Source: Lama glama (lineage: Eukaryota). From it: a stretch of 64,000 nt of DNA. Position numbers and translations under genes: made by a program. A model generated the notes under the pieces. The model saw nothing but the letters and a program-made list of their open reading frames with translations. It was not told the DNA's origin and ran no database searches. The stretch is from contig CM052817.1 in the NCBI GenBank assembly GCA_028534125.1, positions 19,718,001-19,782,000 of the forward strand, written 5' to 3'. Shown here piece by piece: positions 62,995-64,000 of the stretch (positions are counted from its first letter, which is position 1; each line of letters starts with the position of its first letter).

Positions 62995-63290
62995 AGTAAC
63001 ATCTTACATACAACAATATGGGTGAATCTTAAACCTTCTGTTTAGCATAATAAATTACAATTTGATTACATTCCTAAGAAGCTCAAAAAAGGACAAAATA
63101 ATTTATGATGTTAAAACAATAATTTATGTTGGGGAGAAAGGGGCAAACTGTATGGTTCCCTCTAAAGAGTTTGGAGTATTTCACTTTTTGATCATGGAAT
63201 ATTCTTTTCATAAAAATTCATTGAGTTTTACACACATAATTAATGTTCTCTTCTGTAGCAACTTTACTACAATAAGTATATTTTAGAAGT
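62995..63290 (+). mobile_element. L1ME-like 3' end
   Basis: acatacaacaatatgggtgaatcttaaa...aaaattcattgagttttacac...ttactacaataag. Confidence 0.6.
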
Positions 63291-63679
63291 CTAAGTGCAG
63301 GGAAAGGACATAAGCCACACATTGGGGAAAGTCAATTGCAATACCAGGAACAGAGACACCATCAATCAAGGTCCTGAAATGAAAACACCATTGTATATTG
63401 TAGTAATTCGGCAGATATCTACTAGCACATCCTACAGAATAGATGAATTTCTAAAAAGCAACATTACTCAGGTTCTAACAGGGAGGAACTTACAGTAGCT
63501 TTTAAGAGCTAAACCAGACAATTGAAATGCATTTTAAAACAATGGGACTTCCAAAATGGTGGCATTCATACTATTCTATGGAATATAGTATAAAGCTATT
63601 GTTCAGTAGAAGAGACCAAGTACATATGAGGCAAGTGAACATTTGTTCATTAGGAATTTTATGAAGACAGATATTAATG

Positions 63680-64000
63680 AGCTGACATGTTGTTCCACTA
63701 CTTAAGGTCCTTGGTTTATTTCTCCATGCCTATTCAGATAAGATCTGAATTCTTTATAATGGCTTATTTCTCTCTTTTTTCTTCCTCACATGCTTCATTT
63801 GTCACTGAACACATACGTCCTGAAAATGCCTTCTCTTATCATTACACCTGTACTCACTGCTATTTTTGCGCTGAAATTTGCTGAAATATTCATCTGGCTA
63901 GTTCTTTCTCATCATCTATACATTTCTTTCTCAGTGATATTCTTAACTCCCCAATATGGACTTTTGCCCTTTGTTTGAACCTCTAACATAGGACACTGAC
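63680..64000 (+). mobile_element. LINE-2 fragment
   Basis: ctccatgcctattcagataagatctgaattctttataatggctt...catctggctagttctttctcatcatc. Confidence 0.55.

Noticed and set aside
1..64000. Short ORFs in the six-frame track as genes
   Set aside because: Apart from N-run-inflated ones, all are 60-163 aa and low-complexity or inside repeats. The only recognisable peptides are decayed L1 proteins, and no exon chain is supported.

Overview
AT-rich, repeat-dense mammalian non-coding DNA (intergenic, or deep in a large intron) from a draft assembly with four N-gaps. A tRNA-derived Vic-1-type SINE with a 15-bp target-site duplication (TSD) suggests a camelid. I can support no intact protein-coding gene. 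The only protein-like ORFs are decayed LINE-1 ORF1/ORF2 pieces and a decayed Tc2/Kanga transposase fragment. The window holds L1, L2, MIR, MaLR (MLT1), ERV1/ERVL solo LTRs, DNA-transposon relics and a 3'UTR-only EEF1A1 retrocopy. The top finding is a CpG-rich, apparently young LTR (16096 to the gap at 16769). It contains both strands of the NXF1/TAP-binding loop of the type D retroviral constitutive transport element (CTE), folded as a single-loop half-CTE inside the LTR. Other oddities include a MIR-bearing ~550-bp insert splitting a younger LTR, a MER41-like LTR with two decayed STAT1 sites and a 39-nt micro-L1 insertion. Repeat family names come from recalled consensus sequences and need RepeatMasker/Dfam confirmation.
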